From: Planctomycetota bacterium
GTDB taxonomy: Bacteria; Planctomycetota; SZUA-567; H5-PLA8
Assembly: GCA_045863855.1 (NCBI GenBank)
Contig: BTVV01000015.1
Location: forward strand, 1 to 64,000
Direction: 5' to 3'
DNA length: 64,000 nucleotides
Positions 1 through 11,776 of the stretch are shown piece after piece. Position numbers and translations under genes: made by a program. The notes under the pieces are model-generated. The model did not search any database, was not told where the DNA came from, and worked only from the letters and a program-made list of their open reading frames with translations. Each line of letters begins with the position of its first letter. Within the stretch, counting starts at the first letter, position 1.

Positions 1-1
1 A

Positions 2-298
2 GTGCTGGGTCCGCACGATTCGATGGCCGGGCAAGATCAAGACCGGCTGGCGGCCTGGAGCTTTCGGGTTGACGGCGAGACGCAGAGATACGAAGTCGAA
101 TTGGATGCGGAGCAGGGGCGAGCCTTCAAGCTGGTGGCACGCGGTCCGTCTATCCTGGTGACGAGTCATCACATGCTGCGCGAGCGCGCCGCCGGGCTGC
201 TCGTGTTTCTGATTCTCCTGGCGATTCCGCTCGATTGTTTCTTCGTATGGCTTTTCGAAAGGCTCCGTCGGCCAGCCCCTCCGGCCCAGGAAGGATAA
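2..298 (+). CDS. 3' end of a membrane protein, truncated at the window edge
   Basis: Open from the window start. Ends in a hydrophobic helix (AGLLVFLILLAIPLDCFFVWLF). Confidence 0.5.
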   Translation: MLGPHDSMAGQDQDRLAAWSFRVDGETQRYEVELDAEQGRAFKLVARGPSILVTSHHMLRERAAGLLVFLILLAIPLDCFFVWLFERLRRPAPPAQEG

Positions 299-439
299 GT
301 TCCCGCCACCACAGGGTTCCTGCGTCATACCCCCAAGGCTTCCATCGTCGGTTGCATCCTCCTCGCGATTTCATAGCCTGTCCTGCTTGGCTTACGCACC
401 CTGGTAAGAGTGCCTTCGAGCGACCGAAAGGACCGTGGC

Positions 440-2428
440 ATGAGCGCGCAAGTGAATTGGGGCATCCTGAGCACCGGAAACATCGCGAAGACGTTCGCGC
501 AAGGCGTTCAGAAATCCGTGACGGGCAAGCTGGTGGCGGTAGGCAGCCGCAGCCAGGAGTCGGCGAACAAGTTCGCCGATCAGTTCGGGATTCCGAACCG
601 GCACGCGAGCTACGAAGCGTTGCTGGCCGATCCCGAAGTCCACGCCGTCTACATCGCGACGCCGCATCCGATGCATCCCGAATGGGCGATCAAGGCAGCG
701 CGGGCCGGGAAGCATATTCTTTGCGAGAAACCGGTGGCGTTGAACTACTGGCAGGCCGTGGGCATCGTCGAGGCGTGCGCGGAGCACGACGTCTTCCTGA
801 TGGAAGCGTTCATGTACCGCTGCAGCCCGCAGACGAAGAAGCTCGTCGAACTGCTGCGCGAGAAGGTCATCGGGGAGGTGCGGCTGATTCAGGCGACGTT
901 CGCGTTCCACGCGGGGTTCAATCCCAAGGGGCGGCTCTTCGCGGACGAGTTGGGCGGCGGCGGGATCCTCGACGTGGGCTGCTATCCGACGAGCATGGCG
1001 CGGCTGGTGGCCGGCGTGGCGCAAGGTCAGGACTTCGCCGACCCGGTGGCGTTCCAGGGCATGGGGCACAAGGGCCAGTCGGGCATCGACGAGTGGGCCG
1101 TGGCGATCGCGCGCTTCCCCGGCGACATCGTGGCCCAGTTGGCCACGGGCGTCTCGGTGAACCTGGAGAACGTGGTCCGCATCTTCGGCAGCGAGGGAAA
1201 TATCTTCCTGCCCAATCCGTGGATGCCCGGGCGCGACGGGAGCGCCACGAAGATCGTGCTGACCAAGAAAGGCGCGGTCCAGGAGTTCCCGATCGAGTAC
1301 GAGAAGCCGCTGTACGCCTACGAAGCCGACACGGTGGCCGCGTACATCAAGGACCGCAAGGCTGCGTCGCCGGCGATGAGTCCCGAGGACACGCTCAGCA
1401 ACATGAAGATGCTGGACCAGTGGCGCGCGGGCGTGGGCGTGGAGTACGGGGTCGAGAAGAGCGGCGCGGTGCCGGTGCTGGACGGCGGGCCGCTGAAGGT
1501 GCGCGACGGCGCGCCCATACCGAAGGGCCGGATAGTCGGCGTCCCGAAGGATGTCAGCCGGCTGGTGATGGGCGTGGACAACCAGGTCAACGCGAGCCAC
1601 GCGGCGCTGATGTTCGACCATTTCTACGAACGCGGCGGGAACTGTTTCGACACCGGCTATATCTACGGCGGCGGGAAGCTGGAAAAGATCCTGGGGCATT
1701 GGGTCAAGTCGCGCAATCTGCGCGAGAAGGTCGTGATCCTCGACAAGGGCGGGCACACGCCGCATTGCTTCCCCGACGCGGTGAACAAGCAGTTGCTCGA
1801 GAGTCTGGACCGGCTCGAGATGGATTACATCGACATCTACATGCTGCACCGCGATAACCCCGACGTGCCCGTGGGCGAGTTCGTCGAGACGCTAAACGCG
1901 CACATCAAGGCCGGGCGTATTCGCGCCTACGGGCTTAGCAACTGGTCGCTGGAACGTGTGAAGAACGCTCAAGCGTACGCCAAGAGCAAGGGCTTGGCCG
2001 GGATCGCGGCGATCAGCAATAACTTCTCGCTGGCACGGATGGTCACCCCGGTCTGGCACGGCTGCATCGCGGCGAGCACGCCGGAGTTCCGCGCTTGGCT
2101 GGCGGAGACGCAGATTCCGGTGATGCCGTGGTCGAGCCAGGCGCGCGGCTTCTTCGTGCGCGGCGACCGGAATTTCACCGCCGACGCCGAACTGGTGCGA
2201 AGCTGGTACAGCGACGACAACTTCGAGCGGCTCAAGCGCGTGCAGGAGTTCAGCGCGAAGCGCGGCGTGCTGCCGATCAACGTGGCGCTGGCGTATGTAC
2301 TCTGCCAGCCCTTCCCGACGTTCCCGCTGATCGGGCCGCGCGTGCCGAGCGAGACGCGGACGAGCTTGCCGGGGCTGAATTTGAAGCTTACGCCGGACGA
2401 ACTGAAGTGGCTGAATCTGGAGGCGTAA
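440..2428 (+). CDS. Gfo/Idh/MocA oxidoreductase fused to an aldo/keto reductase
   Basis: N-half: WGILSTGNIA, CEKP, GGGILDVGCY. C-half: FDTGYIYG, SLDRL..DYIDIY.LH, GLSNW. ATG440 with GAAAGGA upstream. Confidence 0.88.
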   Translation: MSAQVNWGILSTGNIAKTFAQGVQKSVTGKLVAVGSRSQESANKFADQFGIPNRHASYEALLADPEVHAVYIATPHPMHPEWAIKAARAGKHILCEKPVALNYWQAVGIVEACAEHDVFLMEAFMYRCSPQTKKLVELLREKVIGEVRLIQATFAFHAGFNPKGRLFADELGGGGILDVGCYPTSMARLVAGVAQGQDFADPVAFQGMGHKGQSGIDEWAVAIARFPGDIVAQLATGVSVNLENVVRIFGSEGNIFLPNPWMPGRDGSATKIVLTKKGAVQEFPIEYEKPLYAYEADTVAAYIKDRKAASPAMSPEDTLSNMKMLDQWRAGVGVEYGVEKSGAVPVLDGGPLKVRDGAPIPKGRIVGVPKDVSRLVMGVDNQVNASHAALMFDHFYERGGNCFDTGYIYGGGKLEKILGHWVKSRNLREKVVILDKGGHTPHCFPDAVNKQLLESLDRLEMDYIDIYMLHRDNPDVPVGEFVETLNAHIKAGRIRAYGLSNWSLERVKNAQAYAKSKGLAGIAAISNNFSLARMVTPVWHGCIAASTPEFRAWLAETQIPVMPWSSQARGFFVRGDRNFTADAELVRSWYSDDNFERLKRVQEFSAKRGVLPINVALAYVLCQPFPTFPLIGPRVPSETRTSLPGLNLKLTPDELKWLNLEA

Positions 2429-2454
2429 AATCGCTTTTGGAAAGCTGCCGATAG

Positions 2455-2486
2455 GGGCCGCCCCGCAAGGGAGCGGCCCTTTTTTT
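2455..2486 (+). terminator. Rho-independent terminator
   Basis: GC stem with GCAA loop (gggccgcccc-gcaa-gggagcggccc) followed by T7. Confidence 0.85.
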
Positions 2487-2599
2487 GAGTCCGGAATCGA
2501 CTCGACCGTACTTGCCACCCGGCCGAGGCTGACTAACGTGGGTGCAACCATTTAGCGGCTAAGCCGCGCGAATCCGAACCGACCTTAAGGAGCACGCCC

Positions 2600-4630
2600 G
2601 TGGCGACCACCGGCACCGACCTCGACTTACTTTGCATTAACACGATCCGCTGTCTCTCCATCGACGGCGTGCAAAAAGCCAACAGCGGGCACCCCGGCAT
2701 GCCGATGGGCTGCGCGCCGATGGGCTACGTGCTCTGGAAGAACCACCTGCGGCACAACCCGGCCAATCCCGAATGGGCCAATCGCGACCGCTTCATCCTT
2801 TCGCCCGGGCACGGCTGCATGCTGCTGTATTCGCTGCTGCACCTGCACGGCTACGATCTCTCGCTGGAGGATTTGAAGCAGTTCCGGCAGTGGGGCAGCA
2901 AGGCGCCGGGGCACAGCGAATACGGGCATACGGCGGGCGTGGAGACGACAACCGGGCCGCTGGGGCAGGGCTTGGCCAACGGCGTGGGCATGGCGATCGC
3001 GCAGAAGTACCTGGCCGCGTACTTCAACCGGCCCGGGCACGAGATCGTCGATTATTCGATCCTGGGCATCGTCAGCGACGGCGATCTGATGGAAGGCGTC
3101 ACCGCTGAAGCCAGCAGCCTCGCCGGGCACCTGAAGCTTGACAACATCATCTACCTCTACGACGACAACCACATCAGCATCGAAGGGCACACCACGGTCG
3201 CGTTCACCGAAGACCGCATGAAGCGCTACGAAGCCTACGGCTGGCACACGCAGATCGTAAGCGACGGGAACGACATCGAGGCGATTAACGCGGCGATCGA
3301 GAAGGCCAAGCAGGTGAAGGACAAGCCCCACATCATCGCGGTGCGCACGGTGATCGGGTACGGTTCGCCCAACAAGGCCGACAGCCACGATGTCCACGGT
3401 TCGCCGCTGGGCGAGGACGAAGTCAAGGCCACCAAGAAGGCCTACGGCTGGGATCCCGAGAAGCAGTTCTACGTGCCGGAAGATGCGCTGAAGGTTTTCC
3501 GCGCGTCGCTGGAGCAGGGCAAGAAGGCCGAGGCGGCGTGGCGGCAGAAGTTCGAGGCCTACCGCGCGGCGCATCCGGCGCTGGCGCAGGAATTCCAGGA
3601 CTGGCTGGACAAGAAGCTGCCGGCGGGCTGGGACAAGGATCTCCCGGTGTATCCGGCGGGGAAGGATGTCCCGACACGCAAAGCGCAAGGCGACACGCTC
3701 GCGGCCGTGGGCCCGAAGCTGGGGATGCTCCTGGGCGGCAGCGCGGATCTGGCGCCGTCGACGAATACCATCGTCAAAGGCACCGGGCACTTCCAGCACC
3801 CCGGCAACAAGGGCGACGAAGGCACGTACGCCGGGCGGAATTTCCACTTCGGCGTACGCGAACACGGGATGGGCTCGGCGCTCAACGGTATGGCGCTGAG
3901 CCAGATGCTGATCCCGTACGGCGCGACGTTCCTGATCTTCAGCGACTACTGCAAACCGGCGATCCGGCTCAGCGCTTTCATGGGCGTGCAGTCGATCTGG
4001 GTCTTCACGCACGATTCGATCGGTTTGGGCGAGGACGGTCCGACGCACCAGCCGGTGGAGCAGCTTTCGATGCTGCGCGCGATACCCGGGCTGGTGACGA
4101 TCCGACCGAGCGACGCGAACGAAGTCCCGCTGGCGTGGAAGGCGGCCATCGAGCGGCGGGACGGACCGACGGCGATCGTGACCACGCGCCAGAACCTGCC
4201 GGTCTTCGACCGCTCCAAGACCGCGCCGGCCGAGGGGCTCCTGAAGGGCGGCTACGTGCTCAAGGACGCCGAAGGCGGCAAGCCGCAGATCGTGCTGATG
4301 GCGACGGGCAGCGAAGTGCAGTACGCGCTGGGCGCGCAAGAGTTGCTGGCGAAGGACAGGATTCGAGCGCGCGTCGTCGCCATGCCGGCTTTCGAACTCT
4401 TCGACGCGCAGTCGGAAAGCTACCGCAACTCGGTGCTTCCGCCGGACGTTCGCGCGCGTGTGGCGGTCGAGGCGGCGCATCCGATGAGCTGGTCCAAGTA
4501 TGTGGGGCTCGACGGCGCGTATGTCTGCCTGCCGCATTATGGCGCGAGCGCGCCGTTCAAGACGCTGTACGAAAAATTCGGCTTCACGGCGTCGAATGTG
4601 GCCGAGGTGGCCAAGAAGACGCTGAAGTAA
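2600..4630 (+). CDS. tkt: Transketolase
   Basis: [38 protein letters not shown] motifs. AAGGAG before GTG. Confidence 0.97.
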   Translation: MATTGTDLDLLCINTIRCLSIDGVQKANSGHPGMPMGCAPMGYVLWKNHLRHNPANPEWANRDRFILSPGHGCMLLYSLLHLHGYDLSLEDLKQFRQWGSKAPGHSEYGHTAGVETTTGPLGQGLANGVGMAIAQKYLAAYFNRPGHEIVDYSILGIVSDGDLMEGVTAEASSLAGHLKLDNIIYLYDDNHISIEGHTTVAFTEDRMKRYEAYGWHTQIVSDGNDIEAINAAIEKAKQVKDKPHIIAVRTVIGYGSPNKADSHDVHGSPLGEDEVKATKKAYGWDPEKQFYVPEDALKVFRASLEQGKKAEAAWRQKFEAYRAAHPALAQEFQDWLDKKLPAGWDKDLPVYPAGKDVPTRKAQGDTLAAVGPKLGMLLGGSADLAPSTNTIVKGTGHFQHPGNKGDEGTYAGRNFHFGVREHGMGSALNGMALSQMLIPYGATFLIFSDYCKPAIRLSAFMGVQSIWVFTHDSIGLGEDGPTHQPVEQLSMLRAIPGLVTIRPSDANEVPLAWKAAIERRDGPTAIVTTRQNLPVFDRSKTAPAEGLLKGGYVLKDAEGGKPQIVLMATGSEVQYALGAQELLAKDRIRARVVAMPAFELFDAQSESYRNSVLPPDVRARVAVEAAHPMSWSKYVGLDGAYVCLPHYGASAPFKTLYEKFGFTASNVAEVAKKTLK

Positions 4631-4761
4631 TCGGACGCACGTGTGACTTTTGGGGTGGCGGACGATCTATAGCCGCCTACCCTGCACCTCCGTCTTGTTC
4701 CGCTGGAGGCGAGGCGGTAAGTTGCGGCGGCAGTCTTCGCGAACGGGTGCTTTGAACTCGC

Positions 4762-5943
4762 ATGGGCGATACGATCAAGAATCTGCGCGTGACGTTGTGG
4801 GGCGTGCAGGGAAGCTGCCCGTACTTCCCTACGCCGCATGAAGTCGCCGAGTTCGTGCGTATGGCGGCGGTGCATACGCTGACCAAGGCATTCGAAGACC
4901 TGGCGCAGCGGATGAAGGAAGGCAAGGTCAGCTACGAAACGTGGCTGGGCGGTCCGCCCACCAAACAAACCATCGAGGAATACCAGCGCAAGCTGGGACT
5001 GCCCAACCTGCCGGTCTTCGGCGGGGACACCACCTGCATCGAAGTGGAAGACGCCGACGGAAACATCGTGATCCTCGATGGGGGCACGGGCATCCGCAAC
5101 TGCGCGCTGAATTTGGTCAACAAGAAGTGGGCGGACCGCAAGGACCGCACGCTGTACATCTTCGGTTCCCACGAACATCTCGACCACCGCAACGGACTTC
5201 CGTTCGCAACCTTCTGCTTCGTGCGCCCGAACAATTACACGATCAAGATTTACGGCAACGGATCGTTCCTGGCTTCGCTGGACGACCGCTTCGGCCTCTT
5301 TTCGCGCGAGACGAAGGAAGTAGTCAGCCGCGATGCGCCGGTGAATTACGCGATCATGGCCGCGAAATTCGAAGGCTTCGAGATTCGCGAAATCGAGGAG
5401 GACGGCACCATCCCGCCGCACGGTCCGTGGGGCGTGCACGATCTGGGATCGCCGGTGAAAGTCGGCAGGATGACGATTACGCCGTTCGAGGTGTACCACG
5501 GGGCGACGCCGTGCCTGGGGTACGTCGTCGAACGCAAAGGCAAGAAGTTCGTCTTTTGCACCGATCACGAGTTGCGCCATGGGAACGATCCGAAGCATCC
5601 CAGCCAAGTGGAAAGCGAAAAAGCCGAAGCGCGCCTGCGCATGCACCTGCAGGACGCGCAGGCCGCGTACATGGACGGCCAGTACTTCATGGCCGAGTAC
5701 ATGGGCATCCGCGCCATTGGACATGCTTCGGCGGCGCCGCGGATCGACTGGGGCCACAGTTGCGTCGAGGATGTTGTCGCGCGTGCGCAGCAATGCCGCG
5801 TGAAGCGCACGTACATCGGGCACCACGACCCCGACCGCGAATGGGGCGAACAGGTCAAGACCGACGAGGAACTCGCCCGCCTCAGCCGCGACAAGCCTTA
5901 CCATGTTGAGCTGGCCAAGGGCAGCACGGTCATCGACATCTGA
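4762..5943 (+). CDS. MBL-fold metallo-hydrolase
   Basis: GGDTTC, LDGGTG, HEHLDH (HxHxDH), WGHS, HHDP motifs. Confidence 0.85.
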   Translation: MGDTIKNLRVTLWGVQGSCPYFPTPHEVAEFVRMAAVHTLTKAFEDLAQRMKEGKVSYETWLGGPPTKQTIEEYQRKLGLPNLPVFGGDTTCIEVEDADGNIVILDGGTGIRNCALNLVNKKWADRKDRTLYIFGSHEHLDHRNGLPFATFCFVRPNNYTIKIYGNGSFLASLDDRFGLFSRETKEVVSRDAPVNYAIMAAKFEGFEIREIEEDGTIPPHGPWGVHDLGSPVKVGRMTITPFEVYHGATPCLGYVVERKGKKFVFCTDHELRHGNDPKHPSQVESEKAEARLRMHLQDAQAAYMDGQYFMAEYMGIRAIGHASAAPRIDWGHSCVEDVVARAQQCRVKRTYIGHHDPDREWGEQVKTDEELARLSRDKPYHVELAKGSTVIDI

Positions 5944-6041
5944 AGTAGACGGCCCACGCGATTCCGCTAAACCAACCTGCTTCCCATCGGCCGCCGCGTC
6001 CGGCGCGGTTCGAGCTTCGTACACCCCGGAGGAGACGTTTC

Positions 6042-7157
6042 GTGTCCGCTCTCAAGAAAGCCAAAATCGGCGTGGTCGGCTGTGGCGCCATTAGCGCCGC
6101 ATACTTCAAGACCTTGAAGGCGCTCGAAATCACCGAAGTCGTCGCCTGCGCGGACCTCTTTCCGGAAGCCGCGAAAAAGCGCGCCGAGGAATTCGAGGTG
6201 CCCCGCGTGTACAGCGTGGACGAGCTGCTCGCCGATCCCGAGATCGAGATCGTAATCAACCTCACCATTCCCGGCGCGCATGCCGAAGTAGACCAGAAGA
6301 TTCTTCAGGCCGGAAAGCATCCGCACAGCGAGAAGCCCTTCGCGGTCACGCGCGACGACGGCAAGAAGGTCCTGGCGCTGGCCAAGCAGAAGGGCCTGCG
6401 CGTCGGCTGCGCGCCCGATACCTTCCTGGGCGGCGGGCACCAGACGGCGCGGCGGCTGATCGACGAAGGCGCGATCGGCGAGGTTGTCTCGGTCACCGCG
6501 TTCATGCAAGGGCACGGGCACGAAAGCTGGCATCCTAACCCAGAGTTTTATTACAAGGCCGGTGGCGGGCCGATGTTCGACATGGGGCCGTACTACCTGA
6601 CCGCGATGGTGAACATGATCGGCCCCGTGAAGCGCGTGACGGGCATGACGCGCGTCACCTTCAAGGAGCGCACCGTCACCAGCCAGCCGCGCGCGGGGCA
6701 AGTGATCAAAGTCGAGGTGCCGACGCACGTCACCGGTCTGCTGGAATTCCATAACGGCGCGGTGGGAACGATCATCCAGAGCTTCGACGTGTGGGGGCAC
6801 AGCCTGCCGAACATCGAAGTGCACGGCACCGAAGGCAGCATGCGCGTCCCCGATCCCAACGGCTTCGGCGGGCAGGTCTTCCTGCGCCTGCCGGGCCAGT
6901 ACCAAGGCTGGGTCGAGGCGACAAACAAGCATCGCTACAACGACGGCGCGCGCGGACTGGGCGCGGCCGATATGGCCTACGGGCTGCGCAGCGGGCGGCC
7001 GCATCGCGTCAGCGGGGAACTTGCTTTTCACGTCCTCGACATCATGCAGACGCTGCACGAATCCAGCGACCAGGGCAAGCACCTGGAGTTGGGCAGCACT
7101 TGCGCGCGCCCGGCCGCGATTCCGGTGGGCCTGAAGGATGGCACCCTCGATCCGTAA
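6042..7157 (+). CDS. Gfo/Idh/MocA family oxidoreductase
   Basis: [30 protein letters not shown] upstream. Confidence 0.9.
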   Translation: MSALKKAKIGVVGCGAISAAYFKTLKALEITEVVACADLFPEAAKKRAEEFEVPRVYSVDELLADPEIEIVINLTIPGAHAEVDQKILQAGKHPHSEKPFAVTRDDGKKVLALAKQKGLRVGCAPDTFLGGGHQTARRLIDEGAIGEVVSVTAFMQGHGHESWHPNPEFYYKAGGGPMFDMGPYYLTAMVNMIGPVKRVTGMTRVTFKERTVTSQPRAGQVIKVEVPTHVTGLLEFHNGAVGTIIQSFDVWGHSLPNIEVHGTEGSMRVPDPNGFGGQVFLRLPGQYQGWVEATNKHRYNDGARGLGAADMAYGLRSGRPHRVSGELAFHVLDIMQTLHESSDQGKHLELGSTCARPAAIPVGLKDGTLDP

Positions 7158-7178
7158 GCGCACGCTATAATCGAACCC

Positions 7179-8489
7179 ATGGAGACGTACGAGCCGTTCG
7201 TGGCGCTGGCCGTCGCAGTGGGCTGCGGTTTACTGATCGGCCTTCAACGCGAGCAAGCTGCGTTTGCCGAGGGAGGCCGGGAAGACCAGGGATTCCTGGG
7301 CGGCGTGCGCACACACCCGCTGTACGCGCTGGTCGGCGCGCTGGCGATGCTCCTGGCGCGGCAGATTGGCTACTGGCTGGTCGGTGCGGCGTTGGTCGCG
7401 GTGAGCGTTCCGCTGGTCCTGGCGTATCAGGACGATCTGCGCAAAGGCCGCGACCGCGGCCTGACCTCCGAAATGGCTTTTTTCGTTTCCTTCTTCTGCG
7501 GCGCGCTGGCCATGAGCCAAGGGCTGGCCGAGCCGTTCACGAACCGGCTGGTGCTCGTGGCGGCCGTCGCGATCGCCACCACCGCGCTGCTTTCGACCAA
7601 AGAGCCGCTGCATGGGCTGGTCAAGAAAGTGACGCGCGAAGAGCTGTACGCAACCCTGATCTTCCTGGTGGTCGCGGCCATCGTGCTGCCGCTGGCGCCG
7701 GACGAGGCGATGGGACCGCTGGGCACGCTAAACCCGTTTCACATCGGCTTGATGGTGGTCCTCATGTCTTCCATCAGCTTCGTCGGCTATGTGGCGATTC
7801 GCTGGATGGGGCCGGGCCGCGGCCTGGGCGTGACCGGGCTGGTCGGCGGACTGGTCAGTTCGACGGCGGTTACGCTTTCGGTGAGCGGCCGCGCGAAGCA
7901 TGAACCGGGGCTGGCTTCGGCCTGCGCGCTGGCGGTGGTTCTGGCCTCCTGCGTCGTGCCCCTGCGCGTGCTGCTGGAAGTGGGTGCGGTGAATCCAAGC
8001 CTCTTGCGCATAGCGAGTTTGCCGTTGGCGGTGCTGCTCCTGGCGGGGCTGGCCGGCGCGTACGTGCTGCATCGAAAGCGCGTGCAGACTCCTCCGCAAG
8101 CCACTGTGGAAGACAAAGCGCGTCTGAAGAACCCGTTTGAACTGGGTCAGGCGGTGAAGTTCGGATTGCTCTTCGCGGCGGTCCGACTGGCTTGCAAAGC
8201 GGCCGAAACCTACCTGGGCACAAGCGGGCTGCTGGTCGCCGGCGTGCTGGGCGGGCTGACCGACATGGACGCCGTCACGCTTTCCATGGCCCGTATGGCG
8301 CGCGAAGGCACCGACGAGCGCCTCGCGACTACCTGCATTCTGGCCGCCGGCATGTCGAATACCGTCGTAAAGGGCGTTCTGGCCTGGACGCTGGGCGGAG
8401 GCGCGTACGGGCGATACGTGGCGGCGGCCAGCGCAGCCGTAGTGCTTGCGGGCGGCTTGGGCATCGCGGCGGTCTGGCTGCTGTTCTGA
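7179..8489 (+). CDS. MgtC/SapB-DUF4010 membrane protein
   Basis: GLLIGLQRE..GGVRT N-terminus, GGLVSSTAVT, GLTDMDA, many TM helices. Confidence 0.85.
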   Translation: METYEPFVALAVAVGCGLLIGLQREQAAFAEGGREDQGFLGGVRTHPLYALVGALAMLLARQIGYWLVGAALVAVSVPLVLAYQDDLRKGRDRGLTSEMAFFVSFFCGALAMSQGLAEPFTNRLVLVAAVAIATTALLSTKEPLHGLVKKVTREELYATLIFLVVAAIVLPLAPDEAMGPLGTLNPFHIGLMVVLMSSISFVGYVAIRWMGPGRGLGVTGLVGGLVSSTAVTLSVSGRAKHEPGLASACALAVVLASCVVPLRVLLEVGAVNPSLLRIASLPLAVLLLAGLAGAYVLHRKRVQTPPQATVEDKARLKNPFELGQAVKFGLLFAAVRLACKAAETYLGTSGLLVAGVLGGLTDMDAVTLSMARMAREGTDERLATTCILAAGMSNTVVKGVLAWTLGGGAYGRYVAAASAAVVLAGGLGIAAVWLLF

Positions 8490-9749
8490 TTATCCCAGCG
8501 GCCGCACGCGGCTGTAGATCACCTTCAGGTAGCGGCCTTCGGGCATTCGCGCGGCCCACGGGTGATCGGGCGAAGCGCCGCCCACGGCGAAGATTTGCAA
8601 ATCCGCGCGCGCCTCGCTGGCCGCGTCACGCAGCACGCCGATCAGATCCAGTTCGCTGACCAGCCCGGTGCACGAACAGCTCAGCAGTACCCCGCCGGCC
8701 TCCACGCATTGCATGCCCTGGCGGTTCATGTCCTTGTAACTCTGCAGCGCCTTGGGCAACTCGCTCTTCGAAACGGCGAGCTTGGGCGGGTCGAGGACCA
8801 TTCGCGCGAAGCGCTTGCGCGCGGCGCGGTGTTCGCGCAGCACGTTGAAGACGTTCCCGTGCGCGAAAGTCACGCGATCGGTCACCGCGTTGAGCTTTCC
8901 GTTGCTCTCGGCGACCGCGATGGCCTTCTCGTCCAGGTCCACGGCTTCGACGCGCTTCGCGCCGGCCAGCGCCGCCTGGATCGCGAAGCCGCCGCTGTAG
9001 CAGCAACCGTCGAACAGTTCGTGCCCGCGGGATAATTCGGCAAGACGCGCGCGGTGTTCGCGCTGGTCGGCGAAGAAGCCGGTCTTGTGGCCTTTGCGCA
9101 GATCGACGTGAAAACGCGCGGCGCCTTCGCGGACCGTCAACTCGCAGGCCTGCGCGCTGGGCGGCGGGCCGTCCATCGCGACGCCTTCGTACTTCTCGCT
9201 GCGCGCGTCGGCGCGCACGACCTGTTCGGCGTCCGGAAAGCACGCGCGCAAGCCCGCCTGGATCCACGGCAGATGGCGGAACGGGCCGGCGCTGTAAAGT
9301 TCCAGCACCAGCACGTTCGCGAGACGGTCGACGACCAACCCGCTGAGTCCGTCGCCTTCGCTGTGGATCACGCGGTAAGCGTCGGTCGTATCGGGCAGTT
9401 TCAGGACGTCGTGGCGAAAGGCCACGGCATCGGCGATGCGCCGCGCGAACCATTCGCCGTCGGGCACGACGCGCGGATCTTCGCTGAGCAAACGCAGCGT
9501 GATCTCGCTGTTGGCGTTGTAGTACCCGCAGCCCACCCGGCGGCCGTCGCGGGTGACGCATTCCACCAGCGCGCCGGGGATCACGCGCTGCCTCGGTTCT
9601 TCCAGCATACGCCGGAAGATCCACGGATGATTCCCGGGCCGGCGTTCGATCAGGACGATCTGCGGCAACGCGCTGCCGGGCGCGGGAAGCCGGTACTCCG
9701 ACTCCTCGCGCCGCTCCCGTTCCTGGCGTCGTTCGATTCGCTTCGACAT
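8490..9749 (-). CDS. rlmI: RlmI-type 23S rRNA m5C methyltransferase
   Basis: HPWIF PUA region, SEGDGLSGL.VD, GHKTGFF.DQR, LDPPK, SCSC. Confidence 0.85.
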   Translation of the reverse strand: MSKRIERRQERERREESEYRLPAPGSALPQIVLIERRPGNHPWIFRRMLEEPRQRVIPGALVECVTRDGRRVGCGYYNANSEITLRLLSEDPRVVPDGEWFARRIADAVAFRHDVLKLPDTTDAYRVIHSEGDGLSGLVVDRLANVLVLELYSAGPFRHLPWIQAGLRACFPDAEQVVRADARSEKYEGVAMDGPPPSAQACELTVREGAARFHVDLRKGHKTGFFADQREHRARLAELSRGHELFDGCCYSGGFAIQAALAGAKRVEAVDLDEKAIAVAESNGKLNAVTDRVTFAHGNVFNVLREHRAARKRFARMVLDPPKLAVSKSELPKALQSYKDMNRQGMQCVEAGGVLLSCSCTGLVSELDLIGVLRDAASEARADLQIFAVGGASPDHPWAARMPEGRYLKVIYSRVRPLG

Positions 9750-9764
9750 GGCCGGAGTATACGC

Positions 9765-10661
9765 TTACTTGGGGTTTTCGACGAACGCCCCGCCGCGGCA
9801 TTGCTTGAGGTAGTTCAAGCCGTGCACTTGGCCGGTCATCTCGAGATCGCCGCGATAGACCGGATCGTGCCAGCCTTCGATATCGATGCTCCCCCTGAAC
9901 CCGCCTTGGCGCAGGATGCCGATCACGTCGGTCCAGTTCGTGTCGCCGAAGCCGGGCGTACGGTGGAAGACGTACGGCTTGCCGCCGCGAATACCGGACT
10001 CGCGCACGACATCCCAGAGCACCGTCGCGTCTTTGCCGTGGATATGAAACACCTTCTTGATCCACTTCCGCAGCTGCGGCAGCGGGTCGATCAAGCTGTT
10101 CATCTGGTGGCAGGGTTCCCATTCGAGCCCGATGTTCTCGGCGGGCAGTTCGTTGAACATCATTTCCCAGGCCGTCGGCGCGTGCGCGATATTCCAGTCG
10201 CCGTATTCCCACGTGCCGCCCATGTCGCAGTTCTCGAAGGCCAGCCGCACGCCCTTGTCGGCTGCGCGCTTGGCCAGCGGCCCGAAGACCTGCTTGTAGG
10301 TCTTCATCGATTCGGGAATCTTCTTGTTCACAACACGCCCGGCGAATCCGCAGACCAGCTTGCAGTCGAAGAGCGCCGCCGCGTCGATGCAGCGCGCCCA
10401 GTCCTTGGCCGTCTGCTTGTCTTCGAGCGGATTCCCGTAGATGCCCAGGCTGCTGACGATCGCCGTGCGCCCGGTCTCGTCGAGCAGCGCGTTGACTTCT
10501 TTGGCTAGTTTTTTGAGATCGGTGCCGCCGAGGTACTTCCAGAAGTTGAGCTGAAAGCTCTCGAAGCCGTGGGGAATGATCTGGCGCAGGTAAGCGGCGC
10601 CCTTGTCCCCGGGGGCGAGCGTCCCGATGCGAATATCCTGGTGGTTCGTGCGGTCGGCCAT
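9765..10661 (-). CDS. Sugar phosphate isomerase/epimerase (TIM barrel)
   Basis: AFENC, EWEPCH, HIHGKD, IDIEG motifs. Confidence 0.85.
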   Translation of the reverse strand: MADRTNHQDIRIGTLAPGDKGAAYLRQIIPHGFESFQLNFWKYLGGTDLKKLAKEVNALLDETGRTAIVSSLGIYGNPLEDKQTAKDWARCIDAAALFDCKLVCGFAGRVVNKKIPESMKTYKQVFGPLAKRAADKGVRLAFENCDMGGTWEYGDWNIAHAPTAWEMMFNELPAENIGLEWEPCHQMNSLIDPLPQLRKWIKKVFHIHGKDATVLWDVVRESGIRGGKPYVFHRTPGFGDTNWTDVIGILRQGGFRGSIDIEGWHDPVYRGDLEMTGQVHGLNYLKQCRGGAFVENPK

Positions 10662-10741
10662 GGCGGTGACTCCCTTGGGAAGATGGAGGGTTGAAGGAGC
10701 GCGACACTGTAGCTCAAGGGCAGAGCGTGAAAAGCGCCGAA

Positions 10742-11641
10742 TCAGTTCAGGAAAAGCAGCGCCACGCCGCAGACGGCGAGAACGGCGCCCAGCACGGCGC
10801 GGAGCGTCACGTGTTCCTTATGCAGCCAGACGGCGAAGGGAATGATCAGGACCGGGACGAGCGCCATGATCGTCGCGGCCACTCCGGTCGCGGTGTGCTG
10901 CACGGCCAGCAGCGACAGGCCCACGCCCAGAAACGGTCCCGCGAACGCTCCGCCTAAACTGTAGAGCATGCCGCGTCCGTCGGAGAGCGCGTTCCAGACG
11001 CGCGGCCACCAGCCGATGCAAGCGAAGAGCACCGCGAATCCGGCGATCCCCGCCACCACGCGGATCTGCGTCGCGGCGAACGGATCGTACGAGCCCATAC
11101 CGAATTTGCCGATCACCAGGCCCAGTGCTTGCCCCACCGCGCCGCCGAACGCCAGCGCGATGCCCTTGGACCGCTCGGCGGCCGGATCCTCCTGCGCGGC
11201 CGGTTGGCGCTCCAGGACGACCCAGGCGACGCCGGCCAGCGTGAGCGCCATGCCCAGCCAATCGGTCGGGCGCAACCGTTCGCCCAGCAGCGCCCACCCG
11301 AACAGGGCCGCCATGGGCGGCCAAAGCGACATGACCAGCATGGAGACGCGCGGGCCGACGAGGAGATAGGCGCGAAAGAGGCACAGGTCGCCCAGCGTGA
11401 AGCCGATAAAGCCGGAGAGCGCGAGCCAGCCCCACGCTTCCGGCGTCGCGTCGCCGGGCAAGGCATGCCCGCGCACGAACACGCCGTAGAGGCACAGCAG
11501 CGCGAAGGCCATGAAAAGGCGAATCTGGTTCAGCGCAAGCGAGCCGATGCGCTTGCCGGCGGCGGCAAAGAAGAGCGCGCTGACGGTCCAGCAGGCAGCG
11601 GTCGCCAGCGCGGCGGTTTCGCCGGGGTAGAGGAGTTTCAT
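10742..11641 (-). CDS. DMT/EamA family transporter
   Basis: About 10 TM helices in two repeats (LLGERL, LHKEHV). Confidence 0.9.
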   Translation of the reverse strand: MKLLYPGETAALATAACWTVSALFFAAAGKRIGSLALNQIRLFMAFALLCLYGVFVRGHALPGDATPEAWGWLALSGFIGFTLGDLCLFRAYLLVGPRVSMLVMSLWPPMAALFGWALLGERLRPTDWLGMALTLAGVAWVVLERQPAAQEDPAAERSKGIALAFGGAVGQALGLVIGKFGMGSYDPFAATQIRVVAGIAGFAVLFACIGWWPRVWNALSDGRGMLYSLGGAFAGPFLGVGLSLLAVQHTATGVAATIMALVPVLIIPFAVWLHKEHVTLRAVLGAVLAVCGVALLFLN

Positions 11642-11712
11642 GGAGCCGCCTTCAGCATCTGAATCAGGTCAGGCAGTATGGGCTTCACGGGGTATTGCGC
11701 AAGCGCGGTCCA

Positions 11713-11747
11713 GAAAGCACCGCGCCACGGCTTTGAACCGTGGCGCG
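11713..11747 (-). terminator. Hairpin, possible terminator after murE
   Basis: CGCGCCACGG/CCGTGGCGCG stem at 11721-11747. Weak U-tract on the minus strand. Confidence 0.5.
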
Positions 11748-11776
11748 TGTACAGCGATCGATGACCTGAATTGGAC

